Assembly: GCF_964355755.1 (NCBI RefSeq)
Contig: NC_092675.1
Coordinates: 14,666,912 to 14,730,911, forward strand
DNA length: 64,000 nt
Reading direction: 5' to 3'
Source of the DNA: Antedon mediterranea
Taxonomy: Eukaryota; Animalia; Echinodermata
The number at the start of each line of letters is the position of its first letter. Position 1 is the first letter of the stretch. The notes under the pieces are model-generated. The model was not told the origin of the DNA. It made no database searches and saw only the letters and a program-made list of their open reading frames with translations. Shown piece by piece: positions 51,554-64,000 of this stretch. The translations under genes and the position numbers were made by a program.

Positions 51554-54443
51554 CTAGACCACCAGCAACAATAAATGAATCTTAACAAGTGATTTAAAAC
51601 GGTTATAATTGTTTTGTTTTCTTAATTCATAAGGTAGGCCATTCCAGAGTGAACTTCCATAATAAACAAAACTACGTTTGTATATTTCGAGGTTACATCT
51701 GGGCAAATACAACAGATTATTTTCATAGTTTCTGGTTTGAATATTGTGTACACTACTAATATATTGCAAAACATCACATAAGTATGAAGGTACAGATTCT
51801 TGTAAACATCTAAATATTGTACAAATTGTATGATATTCAATTCTTGTCTTAATTGTTAGCCAACCTAAATCATAATGCATTTGTCTAACAGGAGTTCGAA
51901 TATCAGCACCTAGTATTAATCGCGCAGCTCTATTTTGTACCCTTTGCAATTTTAAAATATGGGCGTTTGAACCAGTACCCCAGACTGTTGAACAATAGTC
52001 AATATGTGATAAAAATAGAGCATTGTATAATCTTTTAATAATTTTAGGAGATGTAAAACTTTTCAATCTATAAAATAGATGTAGAATTTTTGATAGTTTT
52101 GCACATATAGAATCAATATGTACTTTCCATGAGATTTGTTCATCAAATGTAAGTCCCAAATATTTAAACGTTTCAACTTTCTCAATCGGAATGTTATCAA
52201 AAATTACTGTTTCATCTGTTGTTTTATTAACACGTGCATGAGTACCAAAAAGCATGTATTTGGTTTTATCAATGTTTAGAGATAATTTATGTTTATCTAA
52301 CCATTGTTTTACATTTTCCAACTGTTCGGTTAAAACTGTTGTAAGCTCTTCATTTGATTTACATGCATAAAAAAGCGCAGTGTCGTCTGCATAGAGGACT
52401 GTTTTACAAATCCCATCAACACTATCATGTAAGTCATTTATGTATAAAATAAACAACAAAGGGCCAAGAATTGAGCCTTGTGGTACCCCATAGTTGACAT
52501 TTAAAATTTCAGATTTTTTTCCATTAAAATTAACAAATTGTTTGCGATTTTTTAAATAATTACTGAACCATGCAAGCTCAGTGTTTATCATTCCAAAGGT
52601 GCATAATTTACGTAATAAAATATCGTGGTCTACCGTATCAAACGCCTTTTTTTAGGTCAAGAAAAATTGCTCCAGTTACCAAGCCATTATCAATATTTTT
52701 ATATATATAATTGCATACATCTTTCATAACAATAGGTATAACAGATATTGGATGGTAGTTGTTAAGTTCATGTTTACATCCTCCTTTATAAAGCGGAGTA
52801 ACCTTAGCACATTTCCATTCACTTGGAATAACACCAGATCTTAATGACCAGTTAAACAAAAAGGCAAGACTTTGAGAAATTTGTGAAGATGCAATTTTAA
52901 GTAACCTAGCGGAAATCCCATCAATTCCAGTAGCTTTTCCAATTTCTAACTTTTCCAACAAAGCTTCAATTTCATTTCCATTAATATCTTTAAAGTTGAA
53001 ACGTTGTTGAAATTGTGATAACGATTCAACGGTAATATCGTTTTGGTTGTCATTAAAATGGGATGCAAGTTCATTAGAAATTGAACAAAAATATTTATTA
53101 AAATGATTAGCAATATCAGTTGGATTGTTTATTTCATTACCGTTTACATTGAGAGTTGTTTTAGTTTGTTTCTTTTTATTGGGTAAAAAGTCTTTCATGG
53201 TTTTCCATAATGTTTTAGTGTCATTAACATTATCCTTTAATTTATTATTTATATAGTCGCGTTTTAGTGATTTAGACAAATTATTTAATTTATTTCTTGC
53301 CTTTTTGTAAGAATTCCAATCATCTATGTTCTTAGTTTTTTCGGCTTTTTGTTTTAAATAATCACGGTCACGAGAAAGGGAAACAAATTCGTCTGTAAGC
53401 CATGGAATATCAGTTCCCTTCCTCCTGACCGTCACCATAGGAGCATGAATATCACAAATATCAGTAAAAATGTGTTTCCAAATGTCCCAAGCCTCGTCAG
53501 CATCCTCGGACGCCTCACAAATACTCCACGGAGCAGATGCAAGATCAGAAATAAACAAATCTTTGTTAAATTTCCGGAAGGTTCTCGTATGTAAAATACG
53601 CGGGGGCAATTTTATTTTAGTTCTTTTACGTATTGCATATATCAATGAGTGATCGCTAATTCCAATTGGTACAACTCCAGTTTTGCTTATAAAGTCATCC
53701 CTATTTGAAAAAATTAAATCAATACAACTACTACTGTTTTCCGTTACGCGCGTTGGAGTTTTAATATACTGGTTTAATTGGAAAATTTGGTGGAGGGTTT
53801 TAATGTTCCGAGAATGCTGTTTATCAAATATATTCTAATTTAAGTCACCAACAACAATAATCTCTCTTATACTATCTAGTATAAAAGATATTTGATCATG
53901 CATTATATCAACAAATCCAGTACACGAATTTGGTGGTCTATAAACATTACCTATAACGAACGGTTTAGTGTTAACCGGCTTAATTTTTATCCATACCGAT
54001 TCAATTGTATTTTCACCAAAGTCAATGACATCAAAATCAACATTTTCGTTTACATAGATAGCCACCCCACCTCCGTGTCTATTTCTGTCTGTTCTAACTA
54101 ATAGGTATCCTGGGATTGCAAGTTCACTATTATGTATATTTTGATCTAGCCAGGTTTCACTAATTCCTAAAACATGGAAACGGCATTCCGAAAGTAAACT
54201 CCGAACATGGTCCACCTTATTATAGAGACTTCTGACATTTAAATGACCAATTTTAAAACCCTTTGTACAATCAATCTCGCATAATTTGCATAGTATGCCA
54301 AAAGCAGGATAAACAATAGAGTCGTTACGTAATTCAGCGTCGTCTACGTCGTTGTCTAAAAGGCTTCCCGTACGATGTTCGTTTAATAATTGAATTGGTT
54401 TAAATGGTTTATTACATGCGTTACAAATAAAATCTAAAATCAT
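51554..54443 (-). pseudogene. LINE ORF2 (APE + RT), disrupted
   Basis: HLNVRSL, ISETWL, GDLN then a stop. Internal deletion after PISVIPIVMK. Frameshift at DLKKAFD. GVPQGSILGPLLF, LYADDT. Confidence 0.88.
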
Positions 54444-54497
54444 CTTATCTACATAAAATACAATACAAATTTAGGACATTTAAAATTCTATTACACA

Positions 54498-55283
54498 TTA
54501 CCTTTTACATTTAGGTAATTGTTTAAGATCGGAAGTTCTGGATAAAACAACTTTCTCGTTACTGCCAGTGATTATGGTATGTATGCGACCATCTTGTGTC
54601 CAAACTGCAGATACCACTGATGCATAGTTTTGCTTTACAGTACGTAGTAAACTTGATCTTTTGCTCGTAAGGTTTTCATGAATGTAGATATGGCTCCCCT
54701 TTAATTTTTTCTTTGCTTTATATACTTCATTTCTAACATTATACGAACTAAACTTTACTATTATTCCTCTTGCTCTTCCGTTTTTCTTAACTTTTGGCCC
54801 CAATCTATGACTCCTGTCTATGCATGTTTTATCTACTTCTACGCTTAGCTTTTTCTTAAACAAATCCAAAACTATATTGTCTGTTATCTCACCTTGTTTC
54901 TCTTCTATTCCTTGAATAATCAAACAGTTCCTTCTTGAATATTGTTCTGCTTCATCTAGCTCATTTTGTAAGTTCTCTACCTGATGTTCTACTTTGCTGA
55001 GACGATCTTTAGTATCGTCAAGTTCGAAACGTATTGCTTCAATTGCTGCATCCGTTACAATTTGTGTAATGCTTTCAATCAGCTGGTGTTTAACAATGCT
55101 CGCAATTTTCTCGGCTAGGTCATTGAAAATACTCGTATTTCCTTTAATTATATTGGAAATTTCATTTTGTACAGTAATGGTAAGCGGTTCCACATCAATG
55201 ATAGGTGCTGTATCAGTGTTCAGTTCGCAACACTCCTTACCGCTGTCCTTTTTGCCACCTTTCCTTGTATTCTTTCCGGCCAT
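54498..55283 (-). CDS. LINE ORF1 (coiled coil + L1-type RRM/CTD), 261 aa
   Basis: EAEQYSRRNCLIIQGIEE, IDRSHRLG, IIVKF, IYIHENLT, VWTQDGRI. ORF is intact. Confidence 0.85.
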   Translation of the reverse strand: MAGKNTRKGGKKDSGKECCELNTDTAPIIDVEPLTITVQNEISNIIKGNTSIFNDLAEKIASIVKHQLIESITQIVTDAAIEAIRFELDDTKDRLSKVEHQVENLQNELDEAEQYSRRNCLIIQGIEEKQGEITDNIVLDLFKKKLSVEVDKTCIDRSHRLGPKVKKNGRARGIIVKFSSYNVRNEVYKAKKKLKGSHIYIHENLTSKRSSLLRTVKQNYASVVSAVWTQDGRIHTIITGSNEKVVLSRTSDLKQLPKCKR

Positions 55284-57452
55284 GATGGTGTATTAATACG
55301 TACATGTACAGCAGACAAACACCGACAAGTAAATGCTAGGCTAAAGGAGTGCCCTAACACAACAACTGTCCTGCGGGAAATTTGAACTGTCACTGCGTAG
55401 TGAGGCTGAATGTAGTGAGGCTAGAGAGAGCGATTTAGGACACGTCTGCTCTTAACGACGACTACACTACAACTACACTACAATTCTACCAACACACACT
55501 TCATCTCCTGAACTAACATAGTACAGTATAAGTAAAATGTTTTAAATTTTTTTATTTAAATCAATCTTCTGCGAAAAATATTATAATAGTAACAATAACA
55601 GAAAGGTTGATAGGTATTTTAATATTTTTTAAACTTAAAAAGGTAAAAAAAAAACTGAATAAATGTTTATACATACATTATAAATGAAATAAAATAACTA
55701 CTATTTTAGTAATGCATACACAAGTACAGAATATCAGAAATCAATGAATTATGTGTCTAAATATGGCATTATTAGGCTAATTTGCTTTGAGAAAAACATT
55801 AATGCCATTGGCCTATACAAAAAATCAATGCAATTAGACAAAATAGTTACATAAACAATTAATACTAATATCGGTAGGCATAAAATAATAGTGTATATAA
55901 ACTTTCCTTAAATATAAACAGTATAGGGCCTTACCAATTTATTTAATACATAATATATGAACTATATTACACAAAAGAAATATAAATGAATTTATAAGGA
56001 CATGATGATTATCAATATAATTTAATATTATGTTCATATTATTATATTATATCATAGAGACTTTCAAAAACATAGTTTGGTAACATTTAGTTTCTGTTTC
56101 AGACCTTTAAAATTTGGAAATAACCTATAATAATTATAAAACATTCTTGTTTTCAATGCCATTATGCGGTTAAAAACAAGTACAGCAGCATGCATATGTA
56201 GATACAGTATACCTATATATTGTGAGAACATAATTTCAACAATTTCTTTGTTAGTTATCAACCTAGGGGTTAAATTATTAGGAAAACATTGGTTTATTTT
56301 TTATATGTGTACAGAAATTCGTTCTTCTAGCCTCAGATCATTCCTGAAGTTAGACATAAATCACATAAATTAGTATTAAGTAATGGATATTAGATGAAGT
56401 ACAGTACAAATACATGTTTCAGGGGGATACTTTATGTTAAAGGTGATAATTAGTTTAAATGTTACCCCAATGAAATTTATTCAATTACCAAGTTGAAGTA
56501 GTATAGTGGAAACACTACTATATGTACTCATGTAGAACACAGTCAGTTCTACCAAGGTTAGAGGTGGGTGCCAACATTTGAGATAAGTGGAAACATGACC
56601 TTTTCAATAGTAAATTCATTACCAGCATTATAAATAAAATGTTAAAAAGATGAGAATGCAAGTAAATATTAGATTCATAGTCCTCATTATGCACAATGAT
56701 TTTCTACTATCACATTATTAAAATATAAAACAATCATATAGCCTTTAATGAATTTACATGGAGGTCTATCCAAATAAATTTAAATAAAAAGGTCGTAATA
56801 TGTCTTTGTCTCCAGTTCGTAGAAAATGAACAAACAATATTCAAAATATCCTGCCAGTTTGCGTTCAGTACAACCTGCTTAGTTTTTAATACGAGTACTG
56901 CTTTCTATACACATAACTTTGATTTCTGCAAAAAAAAAAAAATCTCTGTAATAATGTACTTTTTAATTACTGTAATAATCTAGGCGTAGATTATGTTGAC
57001 CAGGCCAGTGAGAGGACGATCGACTGTACAGTACTACCATAAGTCCTCTAGGTGGATACAACTTATTTCTTGTCTACAAAGTGTACAGTAGTATGTTAAT
57101 ACAGTAGTACTATTATTAGATTAGGTAGTTGGAGTAGTTTGGAGAGATACATCTATTTATAAGAGAGTACTTTATATTTATAGATATAATACCAATAGGT
57201 ACCATGTATTGGGATGCAATTCAACAGTTATGAATAAAACAAACAAAAAACTCTGTATACTTTTTTCTAGCTGTGAAATAAATTTTGGGTGAACATTCCA
57301 GTATTTACAGTCTAAATTTGATCTTTATGCACCAATAGGCATAAACGATTTTTAAATTAACCGGTATAAAAGCCAATTAGAAGCCATACGTACTCTGCAT
57401 GTTAATGGAAATAAGCATAAGAGCAAATAAAGCCTTGACCACAGGATGGAAT

Positions 57453-59425
57453 GGGTGCAGGTCAACTCGGCCCTAAACCGTCTCGGCCAAAGTCAAGTCG
57501 GCCCCACGTCAAGTCGGCCCCAAGTCAAGTCGGCCTCAAGTCAACTCGGCCTCAAGTCAATTCGGCCTCACGTCAACTCGGCCTCAAGTCAACTCGGCCT
57601 AAAGTCAACTCGGCCAAAACTAATCCGTCAACTCGGCCTTTAAAAAGTATGGAACGCAAAAAGTGCTAATATAGTAGTTCATTTATTACAATGGCAGGAT
57701 ATAGTACGGTTAGGCCTACATAATAGACGAAATAAAACGGAAATTTCAATGTAAATTATAACACACTGGCTGATCGTTTTTCGTTTAATTGATAGGTAAT
57801 TTTTATTTATATTGTTGGTTGGTTTGTCTCAGTAAGAACCCTCAGTAATGTGTTTGTTAGATCTATTTTGAGGATGTTCCCAGAAATAATCGCAAATATT
57901 CTTAGAAGGCCTATATATTATATAGGCCTAGATATTATTAGATTAATACAGTAAAATAAAAATGTTTTTTTTTTGTATATATTCTCTCTCAAGTTATTAG
58001 CAATATGTCACGGTCAAAGTGAATAACTATATGTGACATTAAAATGGTATATTACAGCAACAAAATCTTTTCACACATTTATTGACGATGTCAATCAAAC
58101 TACCGAAGAGATTATGGAAACAAATTCGGAATGTTCTGTCATGTTAAATTTCTATTGCAATTGTGCGCTATTCAAATTGTTTTTATTACTTTTGTGATTT
58201 GATTATAATGGAGAATCCAATGAATACATTTATGGGAAATTAATCTAAAACACACTGAAGAAATCATCATGAATAAATGGTGTATTTTTATTTTGTCAAG
58301 TATAAAAACTAATCTAAAACACACTGAAGAAATCATCATGAAAAAATGGCGTATTTTTATTTTGTCAAGCAAAAACTAAACATATTGTTTGAGTCACCGC
58401 GCCCTGTATTGTTCAATAAAATTGATCACCTAAAGGCGCATTCCCACCGTCCGTACCTGTTCCGTTTCGCGGACGGCGCCGTTTTTTCAACGTGACGCGC
58501 GCCCGTTCACCGTTCCGTTTTAAACATTCACACCTGTTCCGTTTTGTGACTTGACGTTAAAATAGCAGCCGTTTCTGGATGATCATCGGATGATAGTGAG
58601 GAAGAAATTATTCTTTTTAGTTTAATTAAAAATGATATTACAAAACGGGACACAAGATTCCCGAAGATAGTATAACAACACACACCATGACAAATTCCAT
58701 GAATCCATAATTAAATACAATAAAATCACAATCACATCCCTATGGACTGTTATGGAAGCAAATTTCTCTCTTCCCATGGTGTACTGTATTAATTATGAAT
58801 AATTATGAAGTACTAAGCGAAATGAAAATAAAAATGTCATACAAAAAAAACCGTAAGGCCTATTTGAAAATAATGCACATTCATGTCTGGGGTGTGTGTG
58901 TATGTAACCTATACCCATAATGCTTATGTAATTTGTTTTCTTGCCTTTTGATTTGTTTTGATTTTAATGTCATTTTAGTCTTTTTATATTGATGTATATA
59001 CAGTTGTAGACCGAAGTATATTGTTTAAATATTTTTTTTTTTAATGTCTTCTTCGACAGTTATTCCTGTATACAAAATGTGAAGAAAGATTTGTTTATTT
59101 CAAACAATATAAATAAATACTACCTATCAATTAATATTATATAATCATTTATATTGAATTTTCCGTTGTATTTCGTCTATTATGTAGGCATAACCGTACT
59201 ATATCCTGCCATTATAATATTAACTACTATATTAGCACTTTTTGCGTTTCATAGTTTTTAGAGGCCGAGTTGACGTGAGGCCGAGTTGACTTGAGGCCGA
59301 GTTGACGTGGGGCCGAGTTGATGTGGGGCCGAGGTGACGTGGGGCCGAGATCACTTGGGGCCGACTTGACGTGGGGCCGACTTGACTTTGGCCGAGACGG
59401 TTTAGGGCTGAGTTGGATCGAAACC
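57453..59425. mobile_element. Foldback-type non-autonomous DNA transposon (MULE/Phantom- or Merlin-like), right arm only
   Basis: 8-bp TSD GATGGAAT (57445-57452, 59426-59433). GG...CC ends. ~300-bp TIRs containing 16-bp GTCAACTCGGCCTCAA arrays. Confidence 0.78.
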
Positions 59426-60258
59426 GATGGAATCAGTAGTACACGACTGTACTTATGTGTGGGCTAGGAATGATGGTAGTGCCAGTATACAGTGTAATTT
59501 AGCCTCAAGGCAATACCAAGTAGCTGCATTAGCTTGCAGAAATACAGTAGAGATTTCATGAGACTTGGTGTGTGATGATTCAGTATGATAATTTGTGCTG
59601 TGAAAAAAAAAATTGCTGAATTATGAAGAACATATTGTAAAATATAACAAGGAAGTTATACTATAGTTACTATAATTAAGGGTTAACCGTAAACTATATA
59701 ATAATAATAATAATAAATGCAATGGGAATTACTAATGTTATGTAAACAATACAATATTAAGTTAAATTCATAGGCCGATATTATTTTATTATTATAAGGA
59801 AATCTGTTTTTGAATGAGAAAAAGCCGTCCCATGCCAACCCAGATTTGAACCCAGTATCAATAAAGCTATAAGCAGAATAGACCATTATTGTAGCCGGAA
59901 TTTAGCGTAGACCTACTCGAGGCCTAGTAAGATTAGCTAGAAGAATACAGGTCAACCCGTACCAATTCCAACTCGTAACCAAATTTTGGTTTATTCGTAC
60001 CCCAAATGTTGGCTCACTCTCGCAATCATCAAGGGCTGGCTCGTACTCTTCATGGGCTGATCAGTATCCATTTTTAATGCTATTAAAAGTTTGGGTACAG
60101 GTTAGCCAAACTTGGTACGATTTGACCAATTATTTGAGTACGGGTTAGCCAAATTGGGTACGAGTTGGCATGGGTACGGGTTGACCAGCACCCTAGAAAA
60201 TGATAAGGGTCAACCCGTACCACTGTGCCAACTCGTTCCCATGCTAGAATACTACTTA

Positions 60259-63200
60259 TAGTAGAGCAGTTAACGCCATAAAAATAGCCAAGTTGTGCAC
60301 TTTATTACCAAAGCATGAAACTTTCCACAAAGTTTCTTTGATGTATATAGATTCAAAATATCGGGGGGTGCCAAGTGTCCAACGTCCGGTATGGCGGCCA
60401 TCTCCATTTCAAAATGGCCACCATAAAAACAAAAAGTGTTCATATCTTGGCAACTATAAACAGTAGAGACTTGATTCTGGTGTTAAATTGTTCACAAACC
60501 ACATATTTCTATTTGCTCTAATGAAAAGTTTCGTCCAAAAATGACCGGAAATGACGTTTCTTCCAATTTGACCTTTGACCTCTTATCTGTATATCTCAGT
60601 AACTACTGATCATTTTCAATCGATTTTGGTGTCATTTTGTTCAGAATAGAGACATTTATATTTGTAGTAATGAAACATTTTCACATAAAATGACTGGAAA
60701 TACAATTTATAACCTTTGACATATATAATTATGACGTGAACATACTGTATGTGGTTTAATTGGTACAAATGCACCTAATTTTTTTACCGAAATAAATGAC
60801 ACGGAATTATTATTCTGAATTTTTAACTTTTGATGTGATAGGATAGGCATAAAGTATGACAGATCACTGAGCTCATCTATGCCGTTTTTTCGTTGCATCT
60901 AAAAAAATGTACTCCATTTTTATGGTAATGGGCCTTTGGTGTAAACCTTTCATCTGAATCCTTTTCCTCGATTTTCTCTAGTAAATCTAGTCAATCTAAA
61001 TCAATTCGTAAAAGACATCTCAATATAATTATTCAAGTAATCCTCAAATTAGTGACATGGACCTACAATATACTGTTCTGTACAAGACCGGTTTAGGCAT
61101 CCACCTGTGGACTTTCACTTTAAAGGTCTTGGTTTCCTAATCATACAAGAAACAATGTCTAATTTAGTCAATCAAAGTAGTGGGTCCAGACAAAGAAGGG
61201 GGTGTAAGACCATCCACAGACAAAGAAGGGGTTGTAAGACCATCCACATACAAAGAAGAGGGTATAAGACCATCCACAGACAAAAAAGGGAGTGTAAGAC
61301 CATCCACAGACAAAGAAGGGGGTGTAAGACCATCCACACACAAAGAAGGAGGTATAAGACCATCCACAGACAAAGAAAGGGATGTGAGGCCATCTACAGA
61401 CAAAGAAGGGGATGTAGGACCGTCCACAGACAAAGAAGGGGGTATAAGACCATCCACTGACAAAAAAAGTGGTATAGGACCATCCACAGACAAAGAAGGG
61501 GGTGCAAGACCATCCACAGACAAAGAAGGGGGTGCAAGACCATCCACTGACGAAGAAAGGGGTATAGGACCACTTACAGACAAAGAAGAGGGTATAAGAC
61601 CATCCCCAGACAAATAAGGGGTGTAGGACCATCCACAGACAAAGAAGGGGTGTAGGACCATCCACAGACAAAGAAGGGGAGAAGACCATCCACAGACAAA
61701 GAAGGGGATATAAGACCATCCACAGACAAAGAAGGGGGTATAAGACCATCCACAGACAAAGAAATAAGACCATCCACAGACAAAGAAGGGGTGCAAGACC
61801 ATCCACAGACAAATTAAAAGAGTGCAAGACCATCCATACACAAAGAAAGGGGTGTATAAGACCATCCACATACAAAAAAGGGGTGTAATACCATCAACGG
61901 ACAAAGAAAGGGGTGTAAGACCATCCACAGACAAAGAAGAGGGTGTAGAACCGTCCACAGACAAAGAAGGGGGCGTAAGACCATCCACAGACAAAAAAGG
62001 GATTATAAGACCATCCACAGACAAAGACAGGGGTGTAAGACCATCCACATACAAAGAAGGGATTATAAGACCACCCACAGACAAAGACAGGGGTGTAAGA
62101 CCATCCACATACAAAGAAGGGGGTGTAGGACCATCCACAGAAAAAGAATGGGATGTAGGACCATCCACAGACAAAGAAGGGAGTGTAGGACCATCCACAG
62201 ACAAAGAAGGGGTGTAAGACCATCTACAGACAAAGAAATGGGTGTAAGACCATCCACACATAAAGAAAGGGGTGTAATAATACCATCAACAGACACAGAA
62301 GCGGGTATAAGACCATCCACAGACAAAGAAGGAGGGTTAGAACCATATTAACCGAGGAAGCATACAAAAATAAGATGCAATCAAAATAGGCCTACTCTTG
62401 GAAAACAATACAATTGTAGAAAAACTGTGGCTTAATTGTTGAAATAGAAAGGGTTCTTTGTAAGGTCATTAATAATATATTGATATAAACACGATCACCA
62501 TACTAGTCATTTGACAATCAAATACAGTCTATCTCGAAAAGAAGCTCACACTATCACCTTTTCGAGATTTTACGGTATTCAATAACATGTATGTTATTTC
62601 CTCTGTCAAACTATTAAAACTTTTAGCGAATCAGAAGGTGCCAACATCATTAAACTAATGGTACCACCAAGCACAATGTTTACCAATTTTATGTACTATA
62701 TACAATTTAAGTCCATTAATCATTTAATATAATTACGCCTATCAGGTTAAAGTTCAAAATTAGGTGCACTTTAGACCAACAAAAACCACCTACAGTATAT
62801 TCACATAATTAAAAATCAATAAATTAATGTCAAAGGTCATAAATTGTATTTCCGGTCATTTTATGTGAAAATGTTTCATTACTACAAATATAAATGTATT
62901 TATTCTGAACAAAATGACACCAAATCGATTGAAAATGACCAGTAGTTAAAGAGATATACAAATACGAGGTCAAAGGTCAAACTGTAAGAAACGTCATTTC
63001 CGGTCATTTTTGGACGAAACTTTTTATTAGAGCAAATAGAAATATATAGTTTGTGAACAATTTGAGACCAGAATTAAGTCTCTAATGTGTATAGTTGCCA
63101 AGATGTGAACATTTTTTGCTTTTATGGTGGCCATTTTGAAATCAAGATGGCCGCCATACCGGACGTTGGACACTTGGCACCCCCCGATATTTTGAATCTA

Positions 63201-63279
63201 TATACATCAAAGAAACTTTGTGCCAAGTTTCATGCTTTGGTAATAAAATGCACAGCTCATGTCATTAACTGCTCTACTA
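60259..63279. mobile_element. Academ-like non-autonomous DNA transposon, right arm only
   Basis: TAGTAGAGCAGTTAA...TTAACTGCTCTACTA termini, ~450-bp TIRs, 3-bp TSD TTA. Empty site in the left arm (~42845). Confidence 0.75.
61187..62335. repeat. 30-bp minisatellite (~38 copies)
   Basis: Unit GGTGTAAGACCATCCACAGACAAAGAAGGG. Confidence 0.95.
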
Positions 63280-64000
63280 TTACAGGTTAGTTTAGCCTAG
63301 TTGGGCTAACCTACCTCACCTCTCACATGCCTTCCTGATAAGTAGGCCGAAAACGCGACCAAAATTACTGGAACTCTAGCATACTAGCTAGGCCTAGATA
63401 GTAGTAGTGATCCGTAGTATAGTACCATGGAACTATAATAAATGGTAGACGTACTAGTACTGTGTAATATAGGCTAACACGTCTGGCTCTACGAGGCCTT
63501 TTTATGCTCATTGGATGGCTTTTTGGGCTTCCCAATGTAGGCCTATGCCTATAGCTAGGACAAATTTCTCATTCCTGCAGGCCTGTAGCCTATGCTCTAG
63601 TAGGGCGGCCGGGTGTACCCTGGTCGATTTCACCCCTGGTCGACTCGTACCCATGCCAACTCGTACTTAACTTCCTACCCTAAACTCGTATCCAACCAAG
63701 TAATTGGTTGATTTCCCGCTAGACTAGTAGGCCTAGCCTAGCTACAATATTCATTATGCCCTGCTAAAAAGGTAGATGAGCTACTAAACTAATTACGTAA
63801 TTCGTATAATAATAACAATAATTGACAAGAAGGCCTAAAAGCGGCGGAAAACACCTATCCATTCTTGCATGGCAGTACGAAAACCTGCCTATGGTGGTAC
63901 ATCATTGTAAATTGTCAACAGACACTGTGCTACAGACAGTGTACCGTGTGTTAAAAGTACAGCATTTATAGCAGACAACAACGTGTATAACTTGCTATAG

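Larger units (their letters stand above)
51333..55482 (-). mobile_element. Near full-length L2/CR1-group LINE (Crack/Daphne/L2-like), right arm only
   Basis: ORF1 plus APE-RT ORF2, 3' stem-loop (GTAGGG...CCCTAC) and (TAAA)n tail. Flanking ATT repeats. Empty site GATT|CTACC on the reverse strand of the left arm (~47540). Confidence 0.85.
37750..64000. repeat. Giant diverged inverted repeat (centre ~50660-50840), arms interrupted by different TEs
   Basis: Paired blocks: 37750-38157/63590-64000; 42534-42845/63283-63590; 42845-43182/59700-60258; 44415-44715/59434-59698; 45750-47530/55486-57240; 47530-47964/50950-51332; 50569-50660/50840-50931. Confidence 0.92.

Noticed and set aside
57446-57669. 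ORFs of 65-72 aa
   Set aside because: Translations of 16-bp TIR subrepeats.
58432-58560. PIF/Harbinger-like end (TAA|AGGCGCATTCCCACC)
   Set aside because: No matching second terminus found.
61107-62351. Many long overlapping ORFs (up to 365 aa)
   Set aside because: Products of a 30-bp repeat lacking stops; frame is not conserved.

Overview
AT-rich eukaryotic (invertebrate-like) DNA made almost entirely of nested transposable elements; I see no recognisable host gene. The main feature is a 12,052-bp Maverick/Polinton-derived element (11711-23762) with AGTAGT...ACTACT termini and a 6-bp TSD (ACTCTC). It is one near-perfect palindrome: about 6-kb arms around a 30-bp spacer. Each arm carries dead integrase and packaging-ATPase remnants plus two open cargo ORFs, a Bcl-2-like protein and a 230-aa orphan. 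A second, older giant inverted repeat runs from <=37750 to the window end (centre ~50750), and its arms have gained different insertions (P-like, MULE-like, Helitron, HINE, L2/CR1-group LINE, foldback, Academ-like). Also present: a full-length Tx1 LINE inside a Helitron, an RTEX-like LINE hosting a HINE (itself holding a Rex1/Babar LINE) and an Ngaro YR retrotransposon, a head-to-tail Helitron dimer, and 32-bp P-type footprints. All family calls come from motif recognition by eye, with no database search.
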